DNA from: Candidatus Heimdallarchaeota archaeon
GTDB taxonomy: Archaea; Asgardarchaeota; Heimdallarchaeia; JABLTI01
Reading direction: 5' to 3'
NCBI GenBank assembly: GCA_018238155.1
Contig: JABCTZ010000011.1
Coordinates: 1 to 64,000 of the forward strand
DNA length: 64,000 nt
A program made the translations under genes and the position numbers. Below are positions 48,664-58,182 of this stretch, piece by piece (the stretch's first letter is position 1; the number at the start of each line of letters is the position of its first letter). The notes under the pieces are model-generated. The model saw nothing but the letters and a program-made list of their open reading frames with translations, was not told where the DNA came from and searched no databases.

Positions 48664-49422
48664 TTACTCTTTTTTCTTTCCAAGTTCTTCTTCTTGCATC
48701 TTTTTAATCAAAGCTATAATTGGAATTGAAATGTTCTTGCATTTTAATGCAGACATATCAAACATATCAGAATCTTTGAGTTTTAATTCCTTTGAGATAT
48801 CTTTAGCGCTGTAAACGTTAGGCAAATCTTGCTTGTTTACTACATAAATAATTGGTACTTTGCGCTCAACATTTTTGATGACTGTTTCTTTGAACTCCTC
48901 ATAATTCTCCTTAATTTTTGGATCAAGCGGATCAAGGATGAAAATTACTCCATCTGCTCTTCGTTCAGCGAAAGCTCGAATGTCTTTAAAGCGCCATTGT
49001 CCTGGAGTTCCAAAGAGATAGAAGATAGTTACCCATTTGATACCTTTTTCGGTGAGATAATCCTCAGACAAATCAGTGAATTTAATGATTTCTGCACTTT
49101 CATCTCCACCTGTGAGGAGAGCAACAACAGTGAAATCAAAGGTTTGTGTGGCTGTATTAGATTCTGGGAAAAGATCGGGGTTTTCTTTTAAAAGTTCATA
49201 ATCGACATAGAAATATCTTGGAACTTCTCTACCATGAGCTTCAGGATCAAAACATCTAATCATAGTTGTTTTTCCACTGCCAGAATTACCTGTAATACAT
49301 ACTTTGTACACGCCTCGTAATTTTCCACTAAGGTATGGATAAGTATTCAATACATTGTTTGCTGTTAAGATGCGGAGTTTTTTTACTTCAAATTCTATGT
49401 CTTCTGTCAAAGGATCACACAT
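48664..49422 (-). CDS. Small GTPase, MglA/CvnD-like
   Basis: GNSGSGKTT, TATQTFDF, LFGTPGQWRF, NKQD, SAL. Confidence 0.85.
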   Translation of the reverse strand: MCDPLTEDIEFEVKKLRILTANNVLNTYPYLSGKLRGVYKVCITGNSGSGKTTMIRCFDPEAHGREVPRYFYVDYELLKENPDLFPESNTATQTFDFTVVALLTGGDESAEIIKFTDLSEDYLTEKGIKWVTIFYLFGTPGQWRFKDIRAFAERRADGVIFILDPLDPKIKENYEEFKETVIKNVERKVPIIYVVNKQDLPNVYSAKDISKELKLKDSDMFDMSALKCKNISIPIIALIKKMQEEELGKKKE

Positions 49423-49506
49423 CCAAATCTATACTGTGACTATATTTTTCTAGCTAAAAAATACTTTCGATAGAGCTATATTCTACTCATATGATTATTA
49501 TTAGCA

Positions 49507-49956
49507 CTAAATAGATATCTGAATTGGTAATTTAAACAATTCCTTTAGTGCTATGAATGCATGTTTGTCAATATTGAAGAGCTTCTTGTTTTCAGCAAAA
49601 CTCTTAGGATCTACAACAGCAACAAGGTCATTATCAATTTCTTGTAAACCAAACAAACGTTTTGCTACACGAAGCTGTCGATAATCAAAATACTTGCAAT
49701 CACAACAATATTTAACATATTTCCTTCCCTCAATATCAATCAATTGTATCCAGAGCAAATGCTCTCGAGACTCTGATTCCTTTCCTTTTGTTTGCTCCTT
49801 TGTTGTAAAATGAACCCGTAAAAGCCCATTGTCAAATTTACGAAAACTTAGTATATCCGTTGGTAATTCGGAATATAATTTATCATATCTAGTTCTGTCA
49901 AAGAAACAATAATCTATTGGAAGAGCTAAATATTCTTTTTTGAGATTCTCAGACAA
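49507..49956 (-). CDS. Hypothetical protein with SWIM-like Zn finger
   Basis: YCCDCKYF...DKH. Confidence 0.55.
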   Translation of the reverse strand: MSENLKKEYLALPIDYCFFDRTRYDKLYSELPTDILSFRKFDNGLLRVHFTTKEQTKGKESESREHLLWIQLIDIEGRKYVKYCCDCKYFDYRQLRVAKRLFGLQEIDNDLVAVVDPKSFAENKKLFNIDKHAFIALKELFKLPIQISI

Positions 49957-50088
49957 ATGATATTACCTCAATAATAGGTTTACCAATTCGGTCTTATATA
50001 CTTTTTAGAATCTACTTTTATTTTGTAAACAAAAATGATATAATGCTAGACTATTAAAGTAAGAACTAATTCAAAGGGAAGGAAAATC

Positions 50089-50583
50089 ATGCCTGTAAAA
50101 TTAACTAATGTAAAACTAAAGAATCCAGAACTCAAGTATCAAATAATTGTTGGACAAGCAAATTTCTCTATATTTACTACTGATAATCTCTTTATGACGA
50201 TGTTAACTACTGTTCCAAGAATAAAATGCGCTGTAGCAATGAACGAAGCAGTACCAAAACTAACACGAGTAACAGCGAATGATTCTACAATAAAAAAACT
50301 GGCAGCTGAAAATGCATTAGCAATAGGTGCAAGTCATGCATTTGTTATCATGATGGAAAAAGCATTTCCAATAAATGTTCTACCACAAATAAAAAATCAT
50401 CCCGCTGTTTGTAACATATTTGTATCTTCAGCAAATGAAATAGAAATTATTGTAGGAGAAACAGCATTGGGCAAAGCTATTCTAGGAGCTGTTGATGGAA
50501 CCAGTGTAGAGAAAATAGAAACTGATACTCAAAAGAAAGAAAGAAGAGAATTAGTGGAAAAATTTGGTTATAAAATAGAATAA
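50089..50583 (+). CDS. Adenosine-specific kinase family (COG1839-like)
   Basis: IVGQANF, AFPINVL, GAVDG, RRELVEKFGYK. Confidence 0.85.
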   Translation: MPVKLTNVKLKNPELKYQIIVGQANFSIFTTDNLFMTMLTTVPRIKCAVAMNEAVPKLTRVTANDSTIKKLAAENALAIGASHAFVIMMEKAFPINVLPQIKNHPAVCNIFVSSANEIEIIVGETALGKAILGAVDGTSVEKIETDTQKKERRELVEKFGYKIE

Positions 50584-50629
50584 AAATCAACTAAAATTGG
50601 TACATAAAAAAAGGCTAGAATGAAAGAGA

Positions 50630-50649
50630 TTCAAGAAATTGCTCTTGAA
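50630..50649. terminator. Hairpin downstream of micropeptide pair
   Basis: TTCAAGA-AATTGC-TCTTGAA. Confidence 0.5.
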
Positions 50650-50675
50650 TTTTGCTCCTGTCAAGGAAATGAAGA

Positions 50676-50762
50676 TTATATTCCATTAATAAGTGCGAGT
50701 TTCATTCTAGCTTTAGCTTTATCTTGGATAATTTTCTTTTTGAGTTGGTATTTTTTAGTCAT
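50676..50762 (-). CDS. 28-aa micropeptide B, MTKKYQLKKKIIQDKAKARMKLALINGI (not in ORF track)
   Basis: AAGGTGA RBS, ATG...TAA; paralogous to adjacent peptide A. Confidence 0.75.
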   Translation of the reverse strand: MTKKYQLKKKIIQDKAKARMKLALINGI

Positions 50763-50791
50763 TAGTTATCACCTTATTTTTTTTATTTCTT

Positions 50792-50881
50792 CTATTGACC
50801 AGCAATCATTGCGAATTTAATTCTGGCTTGGTCATAATCCTTCTTGATATTTAGTTTGATTTTTTGTTTGGTATTGGTCAT
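50792..50881 (-). CDS. 29-aa micropeptide A, MTNTKQKIKLNIKKDYDQARIKFAMIAGQ (not in ORF track)
   Basis: GGAG RBS, TTTATATA box at 50929-50936; paralogous to peptide B. Confidence 0.75.
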   Translation of the reverse strand: MTNTKQKIKLNIKKDYDQARIKFAMIAGQ

Positions 50882-51071
50882 TTTTTGTTCTCCGAGTTTT
50901 ATTCGTAATTAACATACAACTAGTTTGATATATAAAACGGATTCACTTTTTAGGAACTCAAAAAGAAGACTCATAAAGAGGTCACAAATTGTGACTAAGA
51001 TAAGTATTTCATGAAAAAAAGTGTTAAAATAATAAAGGAATTCAAGATGATGAATCCCACTAAAGGATTCA

Positions 51072-52493
51072 CTAATCTTCTTTCCTCTTGAAATATTGAG
51101 AAGTAACCTCATCAATGAATATTTTGTACATTTCATCTACGCCCTCACCAGATATTGCTGAGGTTTCAAAGAAAGGAACGTTGATACCGTACACTAGTGA
51201 GAGCGTTTTAGCTAAATTAAAACCATCTTTATTGCTTACACACTCAATCGTCTGATTTGCACGGAGATCACTCTTATTTCCAACCAAGACAAAAATTAGC
51301 TCTTTTCCTTCAAGATTGATTATTTCGGTGATTAAATTTTTGATATTGTCAAATGATTCTTTTTGAGAAATATCATAGATTAAGAGTACACCATTCACTC
51401 CTCTAAAGAAAATTTCACTACTAAAGTAGGAATGATCACCTGTAGATACATCCCAGAATTGGAAAACGAATCCTTCGCCTTCAATTTCAAGCTGCTTTGA
51501 AGTAATATCTGCTCCAAAAACCTCGTTGTATTCATGGGTAGAATCGTCACCAACAAATTTCCTTCTAAGTGATGTTTTTCCAACTGGACCTTCACCAACA
51601 AGTATAACCTTCATTATAGTTTTGGATATTTTTCTAGTGGTGAGTTCCTCTGGTTTTACTTTTTCTTCAGTAACATGTGGTGTTTCTTCAATAACTTCAG
51701 TACTAGCTTCAACGGGAATTTCATCAACATTTGAGGTTTCTTCAACAAGTTCTGGTTGAGACTCTATACTATTTTCATGTGTTTTTTCAGGAATATCTTC
51801 TATGACTGCTTCAATAGCCTTTTCCATGGGTTCCTCTTCGGATACCTTTTGAACTGGCTCATCTTTCACCTCTTCGATAATTTCCTCGGTGATTTCTTCA
51901 GCAATATCTTCTAAAATATCATCATCAAATTTCTCATCAGTGATTTCTTCTACAGCATCTTCAAGAGCGTCTTCTATTGAATCTTCAATGAAATCTTCGA
52001 CTTCATCTTCAATTTCCTCTTTATCCTCAGCTTTATCTGGAGAAATTTCAATACTCGGTTCAGCTGGTTTAACAACTTCTGGGGGAGCAACTTTTGTAGG
52101 AACTATTTCGCTTTCAATTTTGGATTCCTTCGTAATTGAGACATCATCTGAGGGAATGATTTCTGGTCCACTAGTTTGGATCTTCTCTAAAGTGATTATT
52201 GCAGAACGAAAAACCCCTTTCTTTGACTTATTGCGGGGTTCTAAAAGGGCGTTCTTTAAAGCAGCAAGACTAGGTATAGCTTTCTCACCGATAATTCTGA
52301 GAGCATTAGCAGCTTCAGCTCGAACAAGCCAATTATCATCATCAAGTGATAAAGTAACTGATGGAACAACCTTATCAAGATTCTCTTTGCTTTCTCCAAG
52401 CTTTTCAATTGCACTGCAACGGAGATCGATATTTTCACTTTCTTTGGATTGAGAAATGAGTAAATCAATATTTTTTTCTTTAAAATCATTCAT
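51072..52493 (-). CDS. HEAT repeat + acidic linker + Rab-like small GTPase
   Basis: LRCSAIEKLG, VRAEAANALR; GEGPVGKTSL, QFWD, GNKSDL, FFETSA. Confidence 0.88.
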   Translation of the reverse strand: MNDFKEKNIDLLISQSKESENIDLRCSAIEKLGESKENLDKVVPSVTLSLDDDNWLVRAEAANALRIIGEKAIPSLAALKNALLEPRNKSKKGVFRSAIITLEKIQTSGPEIIPSDDVSITKESKIESEIVPTKVAPPEVVKPAEPSIEISPDKAEDKEEIEDEVEDFIEDSIEDALEDAVEEITDEKFDDDILEDIAEEITEEIIEEVKDEPVQKVSEEEPMEKAIEAVIEDIPEKTHENSIESQPELVEETSNVDEIPVEASTEVIEETPHVTEEKVKPEELTTRKISKTIMKVILVGEGPVGKTSLRRKFVGDDSTHEYNEVFGADITSKQLEIEGEGFVFQFWDVSTGDHSYFSSEIFFRGVNGVLLIYDISQKESFDNIKNLITEIINLEGKELIFVLVGNKSDLRANQTIECVSNKDGFNLAKTLSLVYGINVPFFETSAISGEGVDEMYKIFIDEVTSQYFKRKED

Positions 52494-52575
52494 GCTTCAT
52501 TCACCTTACTAAGATAATCTTCAATTGAAAATTAAAAAGAATTCGCTATTGACATATTATAAAAAATAAGAGGAC

Positions 52576-52806
52576 TTATATCAACATTAGAATAAGAACA
52601 TCTCCTAATAGAATTAGAATTCTAATTAACAAACCAATTTGGATGATACTACTAATAACAAGAATTCCTAGTAATATTCTAACACTAAGTGCATGATTTC
52701 TGTAATTGCGACGAAAAATATTGAATCGTTCACTATGTGTTGCAGAATTATCTGCATCAAGTATTTCTTCTTCAATGTCATTGACCTCTTTCTCAAAAGT
52801 ATTCAT
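52576..52806 (-). CDS. Small membrane protein
   Basis: GAGG RBS; C-terminal hydrophobic stretch. Confidence 0.55.
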   Translation of the reverse strand: MNTFEKEVNDIEEEILDADNSATHSERFNIFRRNYRNHALSVRILLGILVISSIIQIGLLIRILILLGDVLILMLI

Positions 52807-52867
52807 AAAAATTTCCTCTAATGATATTGAAAATGAGTAATAAATAAAGTTATCTAAAGAAAAAAAA

Positions 52868-53007
52868 TGGCGGGCGTGACGCGATTTGAATTCGCGGAAC
52901 TGGGATCACAACCCTGATTCTCACGCGACCTCTTAGTTAAAAGCCAAGAGCTCTACCTAGCTTTGCCTGATATTGGAAATCTTCCAAAATCATTGAGCTA
53001 CACGCCC
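52868..53007 (-). tRNA. tRNA-Lys(UUU) with two non-canonical introns (D-loop 52962-52993; T-arm 52891-52921)
   Basis: Removing both gives a 77-nt cloverleaf with CTTGG-CTTTTAA-CTAAG and CCA. Confidence 0.9.
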
Positions 53008-53123
53008 GTGTTGTTTTATTTTTGTGAGTTTTCTCTTTTTAAATTTGCCGTTTTGTTTATTTTTCTTTTACGCTTCTATATTCAAATAATCGCTAATTTT
53101 TTCTTTTCTTCCCTTTCTATCAT

Positions 53124-53306
53124 CTATTTATTCTTTGAATAGTTGTAATATTTATCACCGTACTTTTTTGTACGTACTTTCTTTCCTTTATATCGATGCC
53201 ATTCAGCTTTCTTTTCTGCTTCTTTTTTAGTCATTCCTTTACTTATTAATGAAAATCTTTCATTCTCAACTTTGATTGTTTTTGGGACTTCTGTTTTCCT
53301 TGACAT
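53124..53306 (-). CDS. Small basic hypothetical protein (60 aa)
   Basis: Open frame, Lys/Arg-rich. Confidence 0.5.
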   Translation of the reverse strand: MSRKTEVPKTIKVENERFSLISKGMTKKEAEKKAEWHRYKGKKVRTKKYGDKYYNYSKNK

Positions 53307-53400
53307 TGTAAACCAGCTAGCTTTCCGTATTATAGAATTTCAATTATACTAAATAAAAGATTCCCAGAAATTTCGTCTATTTTCTAAGTTAACGTGCTTT

Positions 53401-54396
53401 TTAAGGCATTTTATTGAGTTTTAGAGTTACATATGGGATATCCTTCTCTATCATTGGTTTCCATTTCTCAATCAATTTTTTTGACCATTCTGTTGGGTTT
53501 AGTTTATGTTCTCTAATAATTACAGCGTAAAGTAGAATGTGTCTCATTCTAAGAAATAATGCTATTTTATTTACCCACCAATTACTAAGGTTGTTTTCTT
53601 GATTATATCCTTTCAAAAATTTGATTAAAAAATCACTGATGAATTCTTCTCTGCTTCTTTCACCATTCAATTTTGCCCATAGTGCAGTGAATAGAATTAC
53701 AGCAATATCTGCAATAAACCAATTATATTCGGAATCATCAAAATCAAAGAGAGTAATTTTACCGTCACTAATTAAAAAATTTGATTGATGAATATCATAA
53801 TGAATTAGTCCGTATGAATCTCTATCTTTGGGTAAAGATTCAATTGTCTGAATAATTTCTTTTGCTCTTTTTAGTGCTACCAGTTCTTTATTTAGATATT
53901 CTTCAATTTTTGGTATATATTCGCTCCAGACAGGTCGTCTTCTCTCTTTGCTCGTTGGCAAATATTCTTTGGTAAGCCTGTGAAGTCTTCCAACCAATTT
54001 TCCCCATTCTATAATGAGAGAATCAGTAAGTAGATGTTTATTTTTATTCAAGAATAATCCTTCAGCTTTTTGGAATGCAGCTATTAAAAAATAGGTTGAA
54101 TCTTGTTGAGTAATTTTTTCCACATAATTACCTTTAGATGAAGGATACGCTTGGCATACACGTGCTTCATTTTCTGCTAGAAAATTTATCCACTCAAGTT
54201 CTCCTTTTATCTGTTTGATATTTCTATGTGAACTATGCGTTATTCTCAAAATACATGGTGTCCCCTTCCAAATGCTTTCAAAAATGAAACTTTCAAATGA
54301 ATCTATTTTTTTTGTTTTCTCTTTCTCTAATTCAAAAAGCTCAATAGCTTGATTTAATATTTCATCTGAAAATAAATTCTCAATTTCTGATTTCAT
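53401..54396 (-). CDS. APH/homoserine-kinase-II-like phosphotransferase
   Basis: LRITH, GLIHYDIHQSN, LFDFDD. Confidence 0.9.
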   Translation of the reverse strand: MKSEIENLFSDEILNQAIELFELEKEKTKKIDSFESFIFESIWKGTPCILRITHSSHRNIKQIKGELEWINFLAENEARVCQAYPSSKGNYVEKITQQDSTYFLIAAFQKAEGLFLNKNKHLLTDSLIIEWGKLVGRLHRLTKEYLPTSKERRRPVWSEYIPKIEEYLNKELVALKRAKEIIQTIESLPKDRDSYGLIHYDIHQSNFLISDGKITLFDFDDSEYNWFIADIAVILFTALWAKLNGERSREEFISDFLIKFLKGYNQENNLSNWWVNKIALFLRMRHILLYAVIIREHKLNPTEWSKKLIEKWKPMIEKDIPYVTLKLNKMP

Positions 54397-54595
54397 TGGT
54401 TAAAGCTCCAATTTTACTCAAGAATGATATCAAATAATCTCTTTGTTTAATCTAGTTTGTTATATTATGAAAGATTTTTATTTATGAGCGGTGCATAAAT
54501 AGTCAAGATATTGCCACAAAATCATTTGCCTCTTGAGAACTATTTAATTAGATTAAGTTTAACGTATAGTAATTAAAAGAATCAAATTAGAGAAA

Positions 54596-56887
54596 GTGTC
54601 GGGGAAAAATTGTATGTCAAAATCTGAATTATTCGATGTTTTAAATGATCAACTTTTTGATCGCTTGGTGGACTTTGATGCTCTTCGAAAAGATATTTTT
54701 ACTTCTTTAGAGGGGTCCAAAATGGAAAAACTAGGTGATATTTGGTTAGTATTTGCAAAAAGTTGTGCATCCTCCTTAAGTCAAATTGCTACTGCTTCTC
54801 GATTAGAGCGATATGAATATCAAGAAACTTTAATGGATAATATCAAATCACTTCGAAAAAATCCTAAGGCACTTGAAGTGGTTACAAAATCTCGTGATCA
54901 ATCAATTCTGTTAGAGTTTTTTGCTAGGGCACTTTCCTTGCTCTACTATGAAACAATTATTGAAGGTCTATGTAATGGACCTAAAGATCCTTCTTTGATT
55001 AAAGAATTCGCTAAACAAGCACAAGAACTTTCAGATCTTATTTTGTTTAGTTTAGGTAAGGAACTATTGTTCGATAAAGAATTCCTAAAGATATTTGTAA
55101 ATATTGGTAAAATAAATTTTGAATCAAATATCAGTGAACAATTAGCTTCTTTTGAAAAAAGTAAGAATGAGGACCATAGAGAACTTCTTCTCGAGAGAAA
55201 AATAAAGAATCTTCGATATAGAGGAACATTATACAAAGATAATTACACAAAAATTCTCACAATTGCAAAAGAAGACTTTTGGTGGGATGATCAGATCCTT
55301 CGCTTTTGCCTTTTCTCGAAAGCAGAGAGTTACTTTGCAGAAGCACGAGCTATATTGCTAAAAAATCCCATTGATCCAGGATTATTAATGACCATTGATT
55401 TTGAGATTGCACTATGCAAAGGACAAGCTTTACTTGCTCGTGGAGAACATTTTCTTGAATTAGCAATAAATACACTAATTTCAGGTACTCATCAAAAGGC
55501 ATATGACTATTTCATGCTAGCTAATAAGCATTTTAATGATAGCCTCATTGAGTTGAAACAAGTTTCAGTTGAATCTACTTCTTCGTCAGATATTGTTTAT
55601 CAAATAGAATCAAATCTAGAGTTCACAGAATTATTTACTACTCTTTTGGCATTGTCATGTTCAATAATAGAAATTTCATCTCAGAAATTGACCAAAAAAG
55701 AATTGAAAACTCGATTAGAGAGTTTAACTTCTTTATCAGAAGCTCCATTAGCTAACATTGAATTTTATAGTCAATCTGCGTTTTTAAATACCATTGGTTT
55801 TGTTTTGGAGAATTTGAAAATTCTAAGTAAGCATGAAACTTTAACATTTGATCGAATTCAGAAAGAAATTAAAAAGGGTTTCAAAAGACTTGGTTTAATA
55901 TTCAAAGGTCGTATTGATAACATTGGTCGTTCCTTCTTACAGTTAAATTGGGATGATGATGAAAAAGATATTGAAATTAAGAACTCCTTCTGTGCAAAGG
56001 AACCTGAGAAGATACAAGAAATTCTAATTTCAGTACTACTCATGCCATCTTTTGTTAAAGATAGAAAAACATTGATCGCAAAAAACAAGTCAATGTTGAG
56101 TATTGTTAATAGTGAATCCTATAGATTAAGGGGATTAAAAGAGAAAAATGCTACAAAAGCATTGACTTTACTTGTTAAAAGTCATTTAAGTGCAAAAGAA
56201 TCATTTGAAAACATCTCGAAAGGAAAAGTTTTGGGTGAGCTGAAGCAATTTATTGAAAGAGAGTTTAGTCGAACTTATATTCAAAGTCATTTGAAAGAAA
56301 CAACAATTTTGCAAACGGGAAATCAATACTTCTTTGCTCGCTATCTCTTGAGAACACTTCCCGATATTTTACGTACAATGGATTTAACAAAAATCCCTCG
56401 AGATATTGCCATTTTAATCATTGAAAATCATGGTGCAATGTTTGATTCAATGATAACAATTTGGGGAAGGTTAACCTCTCACTACAATAACCTTATAGAT
56501 CACAACCAAAAATATCCGGACATATCAAATGAATTAGTTGATTGGCAATATATCTTAAAGAAAAGAGAACATACAAAGGGTTCCATGTTATTTTTCAAAT
56601 CATGTCAAGCGGTAGTTCAAGCACAGGAATATGCTCGAATAAAAGAAAGGATAAAGGCTGAAAAATTCTTCGCCGCTGCAAGTAAATATGCAGGAGAATC
56701 AGCTCAAATCTTCAATTCGGTTATTGATACTCTGAAAGGTGAAGTGCAACAAATGCCAGCTGATTTGTACAATTTTGCCAACTTTTGTAAAGTGCAAGGA
56801 CAAAAAATTTCACAGAGCAAAAAGGTTGATGAATTGCCTATCAAGGATTTTGTTGTGTTGATTGGTATTATTTCAGCTTCACTTTAA
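54596..56887 (+). CDS. Large all-alpha hypothetical protein (TPR-like)
   Basis: 763-aa ORF with helical repeats. Confidence 0.7.
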   Translation: MSGKNCMSKSELFDVLNDQLFDRLVDFDALRKDIFTSLEGSKMEKLGDIWLVFAKSCASSLSQIATASRLERYEYQETLMDNIKSLRKNPKALEVVTKSRDQSILLEFFARALSLLYYETIIEGLCNGPKDPSLIKEFAKQAQELSDLILFSLGKELLFDKEFLKIFVNIGKINFESNISEQLASFEKSKNEDHRELLLERKIKNLRYRGTLYKDNYTKILTIAKEDFWWDDQILRFCLFSKAESYFAEARAILLKNPIDPGLLMTIDFEIALCKGQALLARGEHFLELAINTLISGTHQKAYDYFMLANKHFNDSLIELKQVSVESTSSSDIVYQIESNLEFTELFTTLLALSCSIIEISSQKLTKKELKTRLESLTSLSEAPLANIEFYSQSAFLNTIGFVLENLKILSKHETLTFDRIQKEIKKGFKRLGLIFKGRIDNIGRSFLQLNWDDDEKDIEIKNSFCAKEPEKIQEILISVLLMPSFVKDRKTLIAKNKSMLSIVNSESYRLRGLKEKNATKALTLLVKSHLSAKESFENISKGKVLGELKQFIEREFSRTYIQSHLKETTILQTGNQYFFARYLLRTLPDILRTMDLTKIPRDIAILIIENHGAMFDSMITIWGRLTSHYNNLIDHNQKYPDISNELVDWQYILKKREHTKGSMLFFKSCQAVVQAQEYARIKERIKAEKFFAAASKYAGESAQIFNSVIDTLKGEVQQMPADLYNFANFCKVQGQKISQSKKVDELPIKDFVVLIGIISASL

Positions 56888-56936
56888 TCTGCTAAAACAT
56901 TAATAAAAGTTAAGAAGGAATGAGTAGTTCACATAT

Positions 56937-58160
56937 TTGATAAAGATGCCAAGTATAGCTACTAATCAAACTGAACTTTTATTTTGGAAAAATTCTTACA
57001 CGAAAGAATTCGAAGCAAAAATACTTGATATAACCAAAAAAGGAGTTGTTTTGGATAAGACTCTTTTTTATCCAACAGGTGGTGGTCAGTTTTCTGATAT
57101 AGGATATTTACAATTAAAATCAAATAAAGATGTTCGATTAAATGTAAGTTCAGTAGAAAAAATTGACGGAAAAATAGTCCACATTATACAAGAAAAACAG
57201 CTACTTAAACTGAAAATAGCTGATCTTGTTATTGGTCGAATCAATTGGGAAAGAAGATACAATTTGATGAAAGCTCACACATCTCAACATGTTTTATCTG
57301 CGATGATAATGAAGCATGTAAATATCAAAACTTCAAAAGCAGTAATCGATGTCTCAGATGTATCAATCCATTTAGAAAAACCAATTATTAAAGAAAAACT
57401 CCTTGTAGCATTACTGGAAACAAATAAAATACTAAATACGGAAATAAAGATTGAATCCAAAGTCATTTCAAAAGAAAAAATACCTGTCTCTTTAAGGGAT
57501 AGTTTGAGAGGTCATTTAGAAGAAATTTCAGTTGATAAAATTAGAATTGTTTCTATTGAAGGAATAGATAATTCCTTGTGTGGAGGAACGCATTGTAAAG
57601 TTACATCTGAAATTGGGTCATTATTTTTAAGTGATATTAAAGGAGATAATATCACATATGTGTTTGGAACCTCTGCATTAGAGAACCTAACAAAATTGTC
57701 CTTAGAAGCAACTACAACTGCAAAATTGCTCTCAGCAAAACCTGACGAAGTTTTTCAAAGAATGGAAAAAATGATAAATGAATTCAATGAAATGAAAGAG
57801 CTTAACTATCAGCTGGTAAAAAAAGTTGTTAAATCACAAATGGCAGAAATAAAGAAAAATCCGAATCGAATAAATGCTTTTCAGATACTTATGGGTGATT
57901 TTTCATTTGCAGAGAAAAAACATGTTCTTCAAGAATTGGGAAAATTACCTGAGGAATTCCTTGCTATTTTTGTTGTTAAAGGACCTATATTGTTAATTGC
58001 TTCTTCATCCAAACAACTCGCAGCTAACAAATTGATTCAACTTTTTATTGAAGAAACCAATAATAATGGTGGTGGTTCCTCAACTATAGCACAAGCATCC
58101 ATTAGTGAATCTGAAAAGGATCTTAAAATAATATCAAAAATAATTTCCGAATATAAATAA
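56937..58160 (+). CDS. alaX: AlaX editing protein with C-terminal DHHA1 domain
   Basis: FYPTGGGQ.SD.G, HTSQH, CGGTH, GGGSSTIAQ. Confidence 0.92.
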   Translation: MIKMPSIATNQTELLFWKNSYTKEFEAKILDITKKGVVLDKTLFYPTGGGQFSDIGYLQLKSNKDVRLNVSSVEKIDGKIVHIIQEKQLLKLKIADLVIGRINWERRYNLMKAHTSQHVLSAMIMKHVNIKTSKAVIDVSDVSIHLEKPIIKEKLLVALLETNKILNTEIKIESKVISKEKIPVSLRDSLRGHLEEISVDKIRIVSIEGIDNSLCGGTHCKVTSEIGSLFLSDIKGDNITYVFGTSALENLTKLSLEATTTAKLLSAKPDEVFQRMEKMINEFNEMKELNYQLVKKVVKSQMAEIKKNPNRINAFQILMGDFSFAEKKHVLQELGKLPEEFLAIFVVKGPILLIASSSKQLAANKLIQLFIEETNNNGGGSSTIAQASISESEKDLKIISKIISEYK

Positions 58161-58182
58161 AAGAAGAAATAAAGATGGTAAT

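Noticed and set aside
50620-50820. 66-aa hydrophobic + strand ORF
   Set aside because: Antisense shadow of the Lys-rich micropeptides, which have the RBS, promoter and paralogy evidence
51889-52452. Ser-rich antisense ORFs here and in other long genes
   Set aside because: Reverse-frame shadows of Glu/Asp/Lys-rich coding sequence
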